A stretch of 64,000 nucleotides of DNA from Patescibacteria group bacterium (GCA_041738615.1 JBGSPL010000004.1:129203-193202); one strand, 5' to 3'; counted from the stretch's first letter, positions 26,164 through 36,171 are shown. Notes: generated by a model not told the origin, from the sequence alone. Made by a program: numbers and translations.

Positions 26164-27771
26164 GTGTTGGGTAAAGATACCAAATACATTTTTGTTACTG
26201 GTGGTGTAATCTCGGGTCTCGGCAAGGGGATATTTGGTGCCTCTATCGGCAACATCCTCAAAAGTCGGGGCTTTTCTGTAAACATGCAAAAGTGTGATCC
26301 GTATCTCAACGTCGATGCCGGTACCCTCAATCCTGGAGAACACGGCGAAGTTTTCGTCACTGACGATGGCGCCGAAACAGACCTAGACCTCGGACACTAC
26401 GAGCGCTTCATCGATACACCGATGACCAAGCTCTCTTCCGTGATGACAGGAAAAATTTACACACAAGTTCTCGAAGACGAGCGTAAAGGAAAATATCTTG
26501 GCAAGACGGTACAGGTCATCCCTCATATCACAAACAAGATTCAAGACAACATCATAAACGCGGCAGGTGACTTTGACATCCATATCGTAGAGATCGGAGG
26601 CACGGTTGGCGATTATGAGGGTTTGCACTTTATCGAGGCTATCCGTCAAATGCGTCGTAGGATAGGCCGCGAGAATGTGCTCTACGCGCACCTGGTTTAT
26701 TTGCCATTTATTGAGGCATCCAAGGAGCTCAAGACAAAACCAGCACAGAATAGTGTGCGAGACTTATTGCAGCTTGGGATTCATGCAAATATTGTCGCTT
26801 GTCGTGCTGATCATGCTATCGAACAGGAGCATCTGGCAAAAATTGCTCTCTATGCCGATGTCGACGAAAAAGCGGTGGTTCCACTGCCTACAATAAACAG
26901 TGTCTACAAAGTACCTCACAACCTTGAGAAAGTGGGACTGGGTGATTATATCTGCGAGAAACTGAACCTGCCTATCCGTAAACCAAAGGAGAACGGCTTG
27001 GCCAAGTATCTGGTGGACCTAGAAAAGTCGGACAAAGAGGTGAAGATTGGGCTCATAGCAAAGTATATGTCTAACGAGGATACCTACAAGAGTGTAAATG
27101 AGGCTATCCAGGCAGCAACGGTAAATAACGGTGCTTGCGCGAAGATTGTTTGGATAGATGCAGAGAAGATCGAGAAAGCAGGAACAGATGTTCTGAAGGA
27201 CCTTGATGGGATTGTCGTTCCTGGTGGCTTTGGAAATCGCGGCACACTGGGCAAAGTGATGGCTGCGCAGTATGCTCGCGAGAATAATGTTCCTTATCTT
27301 GGGCTTTGCCTAGGGATGCAAATCGCTACTATCGAGTTTGCACGCAATGTTCTCGGTTGGAAGGATGCTGATAGCGAAGAATTCAGACCAGAGGGCAAGT
27401 GTAATGTAATCCATATCATGCCAGAGCAGAAGGCGATTATGGACAAGGACGAATACGGGGCTACCATGCGTCTCGGGGCTTACCCTTGCGTTTTGGACAA
27501 AAAATCTCGATCTTTCAAGCTCTATGGCGAAGAGAAAATTAGCGAGCGACATCGCCATCGCTTTGAATTCAATAATGATCACCGGGAAGAGTTCACGGCC
27601 GCCGGACTATTATTCGCCGGTCTTTCGCCGAACCACCACTTGGTAGAGATAGTTGAAATTCCAGAACACAAGTTCTATGTAGGAGTACAGTTCCACCCTG
27701 AGTTCAAGAGCCGTCCGGGCAATCCGCACCCCTTGTTTGATGGATTTGTGAAAGCTATACTCGGGAAATAA
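26164..27771 (+). CDS. pyrG: CTP synthase
   Basis: KYIFVTGGVISGLGKGI N-terminus and a C-terminal glutamine amidotransferase domain with GLCLGMQ. GTG/TTG start. Confidence 0.9.
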   Translation: MLGKDTKYIFVTGGVISGLGKGIFGASIGNILKSRGFSVNMQKCDPYLNVDAGTLNPGEHGEVFVTDDGAETDLDLGHYERFIDTPMTKLSSVMTGKIYTQVLEDERKGKYLGKTVQVIPHITNKIQDNIINAAGDFDIHIVEIGGTVGDYEGLHFIEAIRQMRRRIGRENVLYAHLVYLPFIEASKELKTKPAQNSVRDLLQLGIHANIVACRADHAIEQEHLAKIALYADVDEKAVVPLPTINSVYKVPHNLEKVGLGDYICEKLNLPIRKPKENGLAKYLVDLEKSDKEVKIGLIAKYMSNEDTYKSVNEAIQAATVNNGACAKIVWIDAEKIEKAGTDVLKDLDGIVVPGGFGNRGTLGKVMAAQYARENNVPYLGLCLGMQIATIEFARNVLGWKDADSEEFRPEGKCNVIHIMPEQKAIMDKDEYGATMRLGAYPCVLDKKSRSFKLYGEEKISERHRHRFEFNNDHREEFTAAGLLFAGLSPNHHLVEIVEIPEHKFYVGVQFHPEFKSRPGNPHPLFDGFVKAILGK

Positions 27772-27781
27772 TTGTTATAAA

Positions 27782-27806
27782 AAGGCCCCACTAGGGGTCT
27801 TTTTTA
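27782..27806 (+). terminator. Intrinsic terminator after pyrG
   Basis: GGCCCC-ACTA-GGGGTC followed by TTTTTTATT. Confidence 0.7.
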
Positions 27807-27879
27807 TTGACACCATACGCATCCAGCGGGTGTATAATATAGACAGGTCGACAAGTAGTGAAAACTATAGGGGGATGAC

Positions 27880-28059
27880 ATGACAAAGAACTTTTTACTT
27901 GTTCTCGGAGTTGTAATCCTACTCATGGGCGTTTGGGGCCTGCTAGCTGCATATTCTACAGATCTAGCTTTTGGTCTACCTGTTGACCCATGGTGGCACG
28001 CACTCGTAAAGGTCGTTCTGGGTGGCGCTGCAACATATGTAGCCTATACAGAAAAATAA
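27880..28059 (+). CDS. DUF378-like small membrane protein (59 aa)
   Basis: A GGGGGA SD precedes the ATG. Two hydrophobic helices with GVWGLL and VVLGGAATYVAY-type motifs. It is missed by the six-frame track (under 60 aa); the overlapping minus-strand ORF 27956-28177 is considered spurious. Confidence 0.5.
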   Translation: MTKNFLLVLGVVILLMGVWGLLAAYSTDLAFGLPVDPWWHALVKVVLGGAATYVAYTEK

Positions 28060-28191
28060 TCTCTAGTTGATCTGTCTTGATAGGAAGGGCAATATAGCCC
28101 TTCCTTTTGTATAGTATGAATAGTATGTATTGACATACTTTCTTCCCTTTGAGAAAATATATCCAACGATAAAACATAAGTAGGGAGAATC

Positions 28192-29868
28192 ATGACAACA
28201 ATAAATCAGAAATCATGTGAAGAACCGAAAAAAGAAGGCTTCTTTCGCAAGTGGGGCCCAGTATTTGTCCTAAGTCTTGCCTTGGCGATTATTCTTATCG
28301 ATGCAACACTGCTGAATGTTTCACTCGCTACTTTGGTAAAGGACCTAAATACTGATATCCAGAGCCTGCAATGGGTGATTACCGCCTATTCCCTCACGAT
28401 TGCAGCACTTACTATCACGGGTGGCCGTCTCGGTGACCTCTTTGGGCGTAAGAAGATGTTCGTTGTCGGTGCAGTACTTTTTGCCATTGGTTCGTTCATT
28501 GCTAGTATTGCTGGAAACGTAAGCACAATGATTATCGGGGAATCCATCATTGAAGGTGTTGGTGCAGCGCTGATGATGCCTGCTACGGCATCTCTACTGG
28601 TTTCCAAATATAAAGGAAGAGATCGCGGCATAGCCTTTGGTATTTGGGGCGGCGTCGCAGCGGCATCTACAGCCATTGGACCACTACTTGGTGGCTGGCT
28701 CACAACGAACTACAGCTGGAGATACGGTTTCCGCATCAATGTTGCCGTAGCGGCACTGCTTATCCTTGGTTCATACATCATCACCGAGTGTCGTGACACC
28801 GAGGAGAAGCCAACCCTCGACTGGACCGGCGTAATCCTCTCTTCGCTCGGGATGTTTTCTCTTGTATTCGGAATTATCGAGTCTTCTACTTATGGTTGGT
28901 GGGGAGCAAAGAAAGCCTTTGAGTTTGCGAGTAAAACGTATACATTCGCTTGGGACCTCTCGATCGTACCATTTGCCCTCCTTTTTGGCGCCTTGTTACT
29001 TACGTTGTTTCTCATTTGGGAGCGCAGAATTGAGAGAGTGGGCAAGACACCGCTAGTTTCTCTACACATTTTCAGTAATCGCCAGTTTGTTTCTAGCGTG
29101 ATTACGACAGCTATCCTTTCCTTGGGTCAATCTGGACTTATATTCTCCATCCCGGTTTTCTTGCAAGCAGTACGTGGCGAGGACGCTTTCCATACCGGTC
29201 TTGCCATGGTACCAATGTCGATAACGGCGCTAGTAGTGGCACCTATTGGGGGGTTTTTGGCGCATAAGTATTCCCCAAAACTCTTGGTTCAGCTTGGACT
29301 AGTTGCGACCACAGTTGCCTACATTGTGCTTTACAATACGCTCCAAGTAAGTAGTGTAGCATGGGACTTTGCTCCGGCCTTTGTACTTATGGGTCTAGGC
29401 ATGGGGCTCACTATGGCATCCATCAGCAACATGGCGCTTTCCGCAGTCTCTGTGGAGCAATCTGGGGAGGCCTCCGGGGTGAATAATACATTTCGTCAGG
29501 TGGGGGCGACCCTGGGTACTGCCATAATTGGCGCGGTTATGCTTACAGCAATTTCCACCAATCTCTCAGCTGGAATCGCGAATAGTAAGGTTATCCCACA
29601 AAAACTAAAGGCCACAGCCGACGAGATGGTTTCCAAGCAGACATCAGCCGTAGAGTTTGGCGGTGGCGCTAAACTCCCAGGATTCATACCCAAAAACATA
29701 TCAGAAGAAATCACCGTAATTAGTAAAAAGGCGATTACGGATGCGAATAAGGAAGCGCTGAGCTATGCAATTATCTTTGCCTTTGTCGGTCTGCTTTCTT
29801 CTTTCTGGTTGCCAAAGGGTAATAATGTCGAAACAGAACAAAACTTAGCATCGGCTAAGGTAAGCTAA
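28192..29868 (+). CDS. MFS transporter, DHA2 (14-TMS drug:H+ antiporter, EmrB/QacA) family
   Basis: 558 aa. Motif A-like GRLGDLFGRKK. About 14 hydrophobic segments. Confidence 0.75.
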   Translation: MTTINQKSCEEPKKEGFFRKWGPVFVLSLALAIILIDATLLNVSLATLVKDLNTDIQSLQWVITAYSLTIAALTITGGRLGDLFGRKKMFVVGAVLFAIGSFIASIAGNVSTMIIGESIIEGVGAALMMPATASLLVSKYKGRDRGIAFGIWGGVAAASTAIGPLLGGWLTTNYSWRYGFRINVAVAALLILGSYIITECRDTEEKPTLDWTGVILSSLGMFSLVFGIIESSTYGWWGAKKAFEFASKTYTFAWDLSIVPFALLFGALLLTLFLIWERRIERVGKTPLVSLHIFSNRQFVSSVITTAILSLGQSGLIFSIPVFLQAVRGEDAFHTGLAMVPMSITALVVAPIGGFLAHKYSPKLLVQLGLVATTVAYIVLYNTLQVSSVAWDFAPAFVLMGLGMGLTMASISNMALSAVSVEQSGEASGVNNTFRQVGATLGTAIIGAVMLTAISTNLSAGIANSKVIPQKLKATADEMVSKQTSAVEFGGGAKLPGFIPKNISEEITVISKKAITDANKEALSYAIIFAFVGLLSSFWLPKGNNVETEQNLASAKVS

Positions 29869-29879
29869 GGAGAAAGACG

Positions 29880-30101
29880 ATGTTTCACAAAAAACCTAAA
29901 ATGTACGGCGTATCCTCCCTTGGTGAGCGAGGACAGATTGTAATCCCTGCAAAAATGAGGGACGAGATGAACCTTGAGAAAGGCGACAACTTCGTCTTTG
30001 TTTCCAAGGGTAATTTCATCGGCCTGATTCGGGAAGACGATATGACAGGATTCTTGAGGGAAATGCTGGGGCAGATCGAAGATTTCAAGAAGGATAAATA
30101 G
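29880..30101 (+). CDS. AbrB/MazE/SpoVT-family DNA-binding protein (swapped-hairpin)
   Basis: GQIVIPAKMRDEMNLEKGD is the SpoVT_AbrB signature. Confidence 0.6.
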   Translation: MFHKKPKMYGVSSLGERGQIVIPAKMRDEMNLEKGDNFVFVSKGNFIGLIREDDMTGFLREMLGQIEDFKKDK

Positions 30102-30103
30102 CA

Positions 30104-30128
30104 AAAAGCCGGGATTATCCGGCTTTTT
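30104..30128 (+). terminator. Intrinsic terminator
   Basis: GCCGG-GATTAT-CCGGC followed by TTTTT. Confidence 0.7.
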
Positions 30129-30142
30129 GCTATAATAGATCC

Positions 30143-30616
30143 ATGCGAAGAGATGAAAAGTGGCTATTTCAGCAATTGGATGAGGTGTGGGACACCTATT
30201 TTTCCGATGTCGCGCAAGATAATGACGTACAGATAGTTTGGGGCCGCAGAGCTAGGCAGCGTATGGGTAGCATCAAGCAAGGAGAAAAAATCAGGGGGAA
30301 ACATCCGGAAACTATCATCACCATCAATTCTCTTTTTAAAGATACATTTATTCCTGAATTCGTAGTCATTGCCACGATTGCTCACGAGCTGGCTCACTAC
30401 GCGCATGGTTTCCACTCTCCATTGGAGCGGAAATATTCCAAGCCGCATGAGGGAGGTATAGTTCACAGGGAGCTTGCGGTGCGAGGCGTCGATAAACTCG
30501 AGAGGATGCAAAAAAAGTGGCTCAAAGATAATTGGCGTGAATACCTCGAGAAAAACTTGCCCAGAAAAACAGTTCCTAGCAAGGTTAAACGAAAAGTAAT
30601 AATTCGCTGGATCTAG
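30143..30616 (+). CDS. SprT-like / DUF45 (WLM) zinc metallopeptidase-domain protein
   Basis: HExxH in IAHELAHYAHGFHS. 157 aa. Confidence 0.5.
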   Translation: MRRDEKWLFQQLDEVWDTYFSDVAQDNDVQIVWGRRARQRMGSIKQGEKIRGKHPETIITINSLFKDTFIPEFVVIATIAHELAHYAHGFHSPLERKYSKPHEGGIVHRELAVRGVDKLERMQKKWLKDNWREYLEKNLPRKTVPSKVKRKVIIRWI

Positions 30617-30621
30617 AGCCC

Positions 30622-31587
30622 CTAGAAGTGAGGCAGCGTAAAATCTTGCTTTGAGTACTCGATGGAACCTGCTAGGGCCTTTGCAAAAGTTATGTCTATA
30701 TCACTGAGACGCCTGAGTTTGTCGCCCTGTAAAACCAGTGGGTCGACATAGCGTGCTTTTTTCTGAATTGTTCGAGTGTCTCGCAGCTTTGGTTCTACCA
30801 ATGCTAGCTGTTCGAGGCAGAAAACTATCTCGTCGTCGTCGCTCCCTGAAAGTACTTCCAATATCCAGTCTTCATCCTTGTCCCAGAAATCTGTTTTCTT
30901 AAGGATTCCGAGATCCATCCCTCGCTTCAGTGCGTCGCCGAGTAGGGTGAAGCGAACCTTGGAAAGGTCGGATCCCCAGTTCGTACTTTGTAAGTGAAGG
31001 TACATATCGGCAAACATCTTAGCGGTTTTTTTATCATTAAAGACAATCCCCTCCTTCGAGGGTTGCATCGAGTTTACGATAAAGGCAATGTCTTTATCTG
31101 TACCGTCCGTGGCAATTTCCCTGAGGGTGTAGTCTATGCGGTCTGCACAAAGGTCTGGCAGCTCTAGCTCCAACAGGATGTGGCGTGGATTATGATCGAT
31201 GTCCTCTAGGGTTTTGCCATATTTCTTGAGTATGGCGGGAATGGAGCTTTTCTCGAGATACTTCTTTTGGATGTTGTCTTGGTAGTCCTCATTACCCGAT
31301 TTGCCTTCGCCAAAAACCCAGTCCGAGACGTGGGAGAAGGCAGAATGTGCGGCATCGTGAATAAGACCCGCGGCTTGTTCCGCAAGAGTAGCTCCGAGAC
31401 GACGAAGTAGTAGCATCACGCCGATACTATGATCGTAGCGGCTAAAGTTTTTCTTGTGATGATACCTGTCGGGAATACCATACTGTGAGACTCGTTTTAG
31501 GCGCTCTAGTTCTGGTGAGCCGATGATATCGAGTAAGAGCGGCTCGGTAACTTCGAAGGAACCATATACAAGATCATCTATCTTCAT
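30622..31587 (-). CDS. HD-domain metal-dependent phosphohydrolase
   Basis: H...HD...H...D motifs (YDHSIGV...IHDAAHSAFSH). Confidence 0.6.
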   Translation of the reverse strand: MKIDDLVYGSFEVTEPLLLDIIGSPELERLKRVSQYGIPDRYHHKKNFSRYDHSIGVMLLLRRLGATLAEQAAGLIHDAAHSAFSHVSDWVFGEGKSGNEDYQDNIQKKYLEKSSIPAILKKYGKTLEDIDHNPRHILLELELPDLCADRIDYTLREIATDGTDKDIAFIVNSMQPSKEGIVFNDKKTAKMFADMYLHLQSTNWGSDLSKVRFTLLGDALKRGMDLGILKKTDFWDKDEDWILEVLSGSDDDEIVFCLEQLALVEPKLRDTRTIQKKARYVDPLVLQGDKLRRLSDIDITFAKALAGSIEYSKQDFTLPHF

Positions 31588-31714
31588 GCTGATATTATAG
31601 CAGGATATCGGGAAAATATATTATCCACAGTTTTCCACACAACAAAAGTGTTGTGCTTTTATTTGATACCGATTATAATCCGTCGCACCGTTACTTTACT
31701 GGTATAATATCATT

Positions 31715-32293
31715 ATGGTTATATATAATTCATTCAAGAATCCGAAACTCTCCGAGCTCATTAGGGCCGGTGGCATTGGCGTGATTCCAACTGACACGAT
31801 CTATGGCATCGTCTGTTCAGCCTTTGACCAGGAGGCAGTAGATGCGCTTTTCGCGATCAAGGGGCGCAGCAAGGGCAAACCTCCGATAATTCTTATCTCG
31901 CAACTTAGCGACATCGGTAAGTTTGGCGTGAAACTAACGCCTGGAACCAGAGAAACGCTGGGAAACATTTGGCCAGGTAGGGTAAGTGTTGTCTTGCCAT
32001 ATACCGGTAAGAAACTAGGATACCTGTCCCGTGGTCAAGACTCGCTCACCTTTCGTCTACCAGAAGACACCAAGCTTCTTGCGCTACTTCGGCAGACGGG
32101 ACCACTGGTGGCACCTAGTGCCAACCCTCAGGCCCAAGATCCGGCACGGGACATCGACGAGATTATGACTTACTTCGTAGGCCAGATTGATTTTGCGGTG
32201 GACGGTGGCTATATTGAAGGGAATTCTTCTACTCTAGTTCGGCTAACTGATGGCAAGATCGAAGTATTGAGACAGGGTGATGTCCAAGTCTGA
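31715..32293 (+). CDS. tsaC: L-threonylcarbamoyladenylate synthase (YrdC/Sua5 family, t6A)
   Basis: GGIGVIPTDTIYGIVC...KGR...P is YrdC-like. An extended -10 (TGGTATAAT) lies upstream. Confidence 0.75.
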   Translation: MVIYNSFKNPKLSELIRAGGIGVIPTDTIYGIVCSAFDQEAVDALFAIKGRSKGKPPIILISQLSDIGKFGVKLTPGTRETLGNIWPGRVSVVLPYTGKKLGYLSRGQDSLTFRLPEDTKLLALLRQTGPLVAPSANPQAQDPARDIDEIMTYFVGQIDFAVDGGYIEGNSSTLVRLTDGKIEVLRQGDVQV

Positions 32294-32585
32294 CCTTTGC
32301 GACCAGATCTATGAGCTCGTTTGCCAAATTCCTCTGGACCGAGTGGTTACTTATGGCGATTTAGCAAAAATAGTAGGCGTAAATCCTCGATATATCGGGT
32401 ATGTTTTGCATAACAATCCGGCCCCAGGCAAAGTACCCTGCCATCGCGTTGTTAATTCCCAGGGCAGATTGGCTGCGAACTTTGCATTTGGTGGTGGACT
32501 CGCTCAACAGAAATTATTAGAGAGCGAAGGTATTGTCTTTTGTAATTCTAAGTTGGATCTAAATATTTACAGATATACTTTTTGA
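32277..32585 (+). CDS. MGMT-family DNA-binding domain protein (O6-alkylguanine alkyltransferase C-terminal domain, active-site PCHRV present)
   Basis: YGDLAKIVG...PCHRVVNSQGRL. The 102 aa length suggests a stand-alone C-terminal domain. Confidence 0.65.
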   Translation: MMSKSDLCDQIYELVCQIPLDRVVTYGDLAKIVGVNPRYIGYVLHNNPAPGKVPCHRVVNSQGRLAANFAFGGGLAQQKLLESEGIVFCNSKLDLNIYRYTF

Positions 32586-32791
32586 AAACGCAGATTATCC
32601 AAAGAGAGTATAATATAGGTAGGGCTTAGCTAACAGAAAGGGGATAAGATGAAGATTTCTAAAGGTCGGGGGATTCAGTTTTTTAGGCACCCTTTCTTCA
32701 ATAGCCAAAAACTTAATTTTGGCAATATCTATACCGGGAGCAAACAACGGCTCGGAAAAGTTTTTGGTTTTGTGAACAAGAAAATCAACAA

Positions 32792-33259
32792 ATGATAGAA
32801 AAGCATCTGACACTTTCAGTTATCGAACATGAGGGAAGGGTGCTCTTGGGGCTTAAAAAACGCGGCTACGCAGTTGGTGTTTGGAACGGCTATGGAGGCA
32901 AGGTAGAGCCAGGCGAAACCACGGAAGAGGCTATGATTCGTGAACTTCGTGAGGAGTCGTCGCTGGTAGCGGAGAACATGGAGAAGGTCGGGTATCTAGA
33001 ATTTACCTCTGATATCGAGGAGGGCAAGTCGGTTTGCCACCTCTTTAAGATTAATGAATTTCAAGGTAAACCCAGAGAAACCGAAGAGATGCGACCGCAG
33101 TGGTTCGCTATGGACTCTTTGCCATATGATCAAATGTGGCCCGACGACCCATACTGGCTGCCTCTGGTTCTTGCTGGGAAAAAGGTTCGCGGCAGCTTTG
33201 TACTTCGGGATAATAAAACCGTAGTTGAATCTGAACTTGCCGAGGTGGATTCATTTTAG
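32792..33259 (+). CDS. Nudix hydrolase, MutT/MTH1-like (oxidised nucleotide sanitation)
   Basis: Nudix box GGKVEPGETTEEAMIRELREESSL plus the MTH1-like WPDDPYWLP motif. Confidence 0.65.
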   Translation: MIEKHLTLSVIEHEGRVLLGLKKRGYAVGVWNGYGGKVEPGETTEEAMIRELREESSLVAENMEKVGYLEFTSDIEEGKSVCHLFKINEFQGKPRETEEMRPQWFAMDSLPYDQMWPDDPYWLPLVLAGKKVRGSFVLRDNKTVVESELAEVDSF

Positions 33260-33299
33260 GCCCTGAAAATGCTATGATGTTTGGGCACAGGAGGATACT

Positions 33300-33944
33300 T
33301 TGGAATCTTTCAAGAAATTCCGTTTAGAATTACTCGTTACATTGCTGCTGACGGCTGCGCCTATAGTAATGTGGCTATTGATGAAGCCTATATCGGCTAG
33401 AGTTTCTAGTTCATTTATGGTCTGGACTTCGGCCGGTCAACTCACAGCACTTATTGGTATGACCATGGTGTCGCTTTCAATGTTATTTCAAGTTCGCCAC
33501 AGGTGGGTGTGTGGGATTATGTCGCGTCCAACCACTCTTTCTAATTTGCATCATTACCTAGGTCTGTGGGGACTATTTTTCCTAATATCACACCCGCTAC
33601 TTTTAGCGATAAAGTACATCCCGATATCGTTAAAACTATCAGCCGACTTTCTTTTTACCAGAGATATTGTTAATCTAGCGGGTTTGGTTGCCCTAATACT
33701 TATGATGGTGGCAGTCTATGTGACACTATTTGTTGAAAGAACCTTTAGATTCTGGAAACTTTTTCACCAGCTTCTCCTAGTTTCGTATCTTTTTATACTT
33801 TATCACCTACTATTTGTGTCTAGCGACATCACCTTGAACATGCCACTTCGAATTTATGTTCTGGGGTTAGCGGCAATTGGTGGTTTGTCTTTTGCGATTC
33901 AAAAAACAATTTTCTACATTGGAAAGATGCAACCAACGCAATGA
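33300..33944 (+). CDS. Polytopic membrane protein, possibly a ferric-reductase-like / MsrQ-like b-heme TM domain
   Basis: Six hydrophobic segments with conserved His in the TM helices (HHYLGLW...SHPLL). Confidence 0.3.
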   Translation: MESFKKFRLELLVTLLLTAAPIVMWLLMKPISARVSSSFMVWTSAGQLTALIGMTMVSLSMLFQVRHRWVCGIMSRPTTLSNLHHYLGLWGLFFLISHPLLLAIKYIPISLKLSADFLFTRDIVNLAGLVALILMMVAVYVTLFVERTFRFWKLFHQLLLVSYLFILYHLLFVSSDITLNMPLRIYVLGLAAIGGLSFAIQKTIFYIGKMQPTQ

Positions 33945-34273
33945 AAAAAGTGATTATTTTGTCAATAATTATTGCGTTTGGGTCATTGACGGCTATAGCT
34001 GTCAGTTCTTGGCTTTTAGATAGGTATGGGAATACAAAAACGATAAAGGTCCAGACAATTACTGTAAAGAAACCTGTGGCAAAGCCCAAGGAGCCTACAA
34101 GTACCTCTTCCCAGGTCTCAGCAAACGACCAGGACGACACTGTTATTTTGACAGAACCGCCTTATCAGACGACCGTTACCAAAAGTCCCGTTGGACAGAC
34201 GGTTACGCCCACACGTAACACTGGGAATGAAGATGAAGATGAAAAGGGAGAGACAGAAATTGATGATGACTAA
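33941..34273 (+). CDS. Hypothetical membrane-anchored protein with an acidic tail
   Basis: N-terminal TM segment, a Thr/Pro-rich linker and a DEDEKGETEIDDD C-terminus. Confidence 0.4.
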   Translation: MKKVIILSIIIAFGSLTAIAVSSWLLDRYGNTKTIKVQTITVKKPVAKPKEPTSTSSQVSANDQDDTVILTEPPYQTTVTKSPVGQTVTPTRNTGNEDEDEKGETEIDDD

Positions 34274-34778
34274 GAACCTTCACAAGAATCTATATATTAT
34301 ATTTACCTTTGTTTTTGTATTTGGAATGGTTTCCATAGGCATAGCAGGATTTTTTGACAAAAGTATCCTTCAGAAAGTTGTAAAAACTATTGTTATCGAG
34401 GAGCCACATGAACAGATTGAAACAATACCTGCTAGCACTGGCACTTCTTCCGCGGTTTCTAGTACGGTTTCGAATGACTCTAATGGGAATGCGGTATCTG
34501 TCAATACGAGCCCTGGTACAAGCTCCAATGCGACTTCGTCTACACCAACACCAGTTGCTACCCCATCAGGCTACACAGCTGCGCAAGTGGCGGCACATAA
34601 TTCTCAAGGGAACTGTTGGATCATAGTCTCGGGAGTGGTTTATGACCTGTCGAGCTATCGTCATAGTGGACCCCAGAGTCATATATCTTGCGGCGGAGAT
34701 AATACTAGCGCTCTGACATCTGCTCACGGTAGCCTGTCATTTGTCAGCTTTTTTACCAAATTAGGTAATCTTATATAA
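34263..34778 (+). CDS. Membrane-anchored cytochrome b5-like heme-binding domain protein
   Basis: YTAAQVAAHNSQGNCWIIVSGVVYDLSSY...HISCGG...SAHGS resembles the cyt-b5 pattern (HPGG variant). Start is taken at MMTKNL, overlapping the previous stop. Confidence 0.4.
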   Translation: MMTKNLHKNLYIIFTFVFVFGMVSIGIAGFFDKSILQKVVKTIVIEEPHEQIETIPASTGTSSAVSSTVSNDSNGNAVSVNTSPGTSSNATSSTPTPVATPSGYTAAQVAAHNSQGNCWIIVSGVVYDLSSYRHSGPQSHISCGGDNTSALTSAHGSLSFVSFFTKLGNLI

Positions 34779-34791
34779 TAAAGGAGTAAAA

Positions 34792-35091
34792 ATGAGTGAT
34801 CACGGCAATTTTACATCGGACGAGGCAAAGAAAATCGGGGAGGTCCTAGGTGTGGATTGGAGCAAATGGGATGTAGAGCAATTCCGAATGGGTATGGACG
34901 TAGAGCTCGAACACGGTAATGTAGATCCACATACCAATGTCACAGACAATGATCCACTACTAACCGGGAAAATTGCACTAGCACATTTGAACGAGATCCC
35001 AGACTATTACACTCGCCTTGAAGCCATGGAAAAAGAAGGTGAAGCATACTGGGATTCAAAGAACGACGTAAGTGGGGAGGTAACCAAATGA
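34792..35091 (+). CDS. Hypothetical small protein (DVELEHG motif)
   Basis: 99 aa, soluble. A GGAG SD precedes the start. Confidence 0.4.
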   Translation: MSDHGNFTSDEAKKIGEVLGVDWSKWDVEQFRMGMDVELEHGNVDPHTNVTDNDPLLTGKIALAHLNEIPDYYTRLEAMEKEGEAYWDSKNDVSGEVTK

Positions 35092-35600
35092 AAGCATTTG
35101 TCCCAGAATTAGTGGAGTTACCAGACCGAAAAATGGTTACCGTAACTTCTCATGGAAATCCAAATAAAGTAATGGAGCCATACATGAAGGCACTTTATGG
35201 CGGTGTCTATTCGGCAAAAATGGGAGTCTACAAGCCTCAAGGAATAAAGATGGAACTCGGCAAGCTTACAGCAAAGTGGCCCGATGCCCATTTAAAACCC
35301 AAGGAAGAGTGGACGGGTATTTGGGCAGTGCCAGTACCTGAATATGTCACTTTGGGAGATATTACTCAGAAGGACGCAAGTATACCTGTCAATGTAGAGG
35401 TTTGGCCCGGCGGTACATATGCGCAGATACTTCACATAGGTACCTATGCCGAAGAGGCCCCCACTATTGCAACTTTGCATAAATTCATCGAAGAACAAGG
35501 GATAGAGATGAAGGACGTAATCGGTCTTCATGAGGAAGATTATCTGACAAAGCCGGATTCCAAGGTAGTGAAAACCATTATTCGTTACAGAATAAAGTGA
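35088..35600 (+). CDS. GyrI-like small-molecule-binding domain protein
   Basis: 170 aa. Its size and pattern match the AraC-effector-binding/GyrI-like fold. Confidence 0.4.
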   Translation: MKAFVPELVELPDRKMVTVTSHGNPNKVMEPYMKALYGGVYSAKMGVYKPQGIKMELGKLTAKWPDAHLKPKEEWTGIWAVPVPEYVTLGDITQKDASIPVNVEVWPGGTYAQILHIGTYAEEAPTIATLHKFIEEQGIEMKDVIGLHEEDYLTKPDSKVVKTIIRYRIK

Positions 35601-35625
35601 TATAATTAGCTCGCAAGGAGGACCA

Positions 35626-36171
35626 ATGAAAAAAGCATTAATCATTTTAGGGACGACGGGGCTATTAGTTGCAAGCGTTGCGGCAGCAAAGGTTGATACC
35701 TCGGCACTAAAGGTGCAACGAGCGGCAAATGCACAGGTAAAATGTGATTTTATCGAAACAAATGTGGCGCGTAAGGTTACGAAATTTGAAACAAATAGAA
35801 ACAAGCATGTAACTTCGTATATCAAGACCAAGGAGAGGGTGGCAGCGCTGGTTACAAAGCTAGAAGCTAAGGGCTACGATGTTACAAAGCTCAAGGCTGA
35901 TCTTACTGAGTATGACGCAAAGATAAAGAAATTCTCCGACGATCACGTTGCTTATGTAGCAGCGCTTACTAGCACCCAAGAGTTTGCTTGTGGTAAAAGT
36001 GAAGGTGAGTTCAAAAGTCAGTTAGCCGCAGCAAGGGCAGTACTAAAGACGGTGCATGACGATTCTGTAGCGATTCGTACCTATTGGGCAGAGACAGTGA
36101 AGCCAGACATTTTGGCCCTAAAGGCACAGAAAATCACCGAGAAAACCAAGACAGTAGGAGGGACAGAGTAA
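35626..36171 (+). CDS. Hypothetical secreted protein (signal peptide)
   Basis: MKKALIILGTTGLLVASVAAA signal peptide. A GGAGG SD precedes the start. Confidence 0.45.
   Translation: MKKALIILGTTGLLVASVAAAKVDTSALKVQRAANAQVKCDFIETNVARKVTKFETNRNKHVTSYIKTKERVAALVTKLEAKGYDVTKLKADLTEYDAKIKKFSDDHVAYVAALTSTQEFACGKSEGEFKSQLAAARAVLKTVHDDSVAIRTYWAETVKPDILALKAQKITEKTKTVGGTE

Noticed and set aside
27956-28177. Minus-strand 73-aa ORF between pyrG and the MFS gene
   Set aside because: The plus strand has a better candidate, the 59-aa DUF378-like membrane protein at 27880-28059 with a GGGGGA SD. The minus ORF has no SD.
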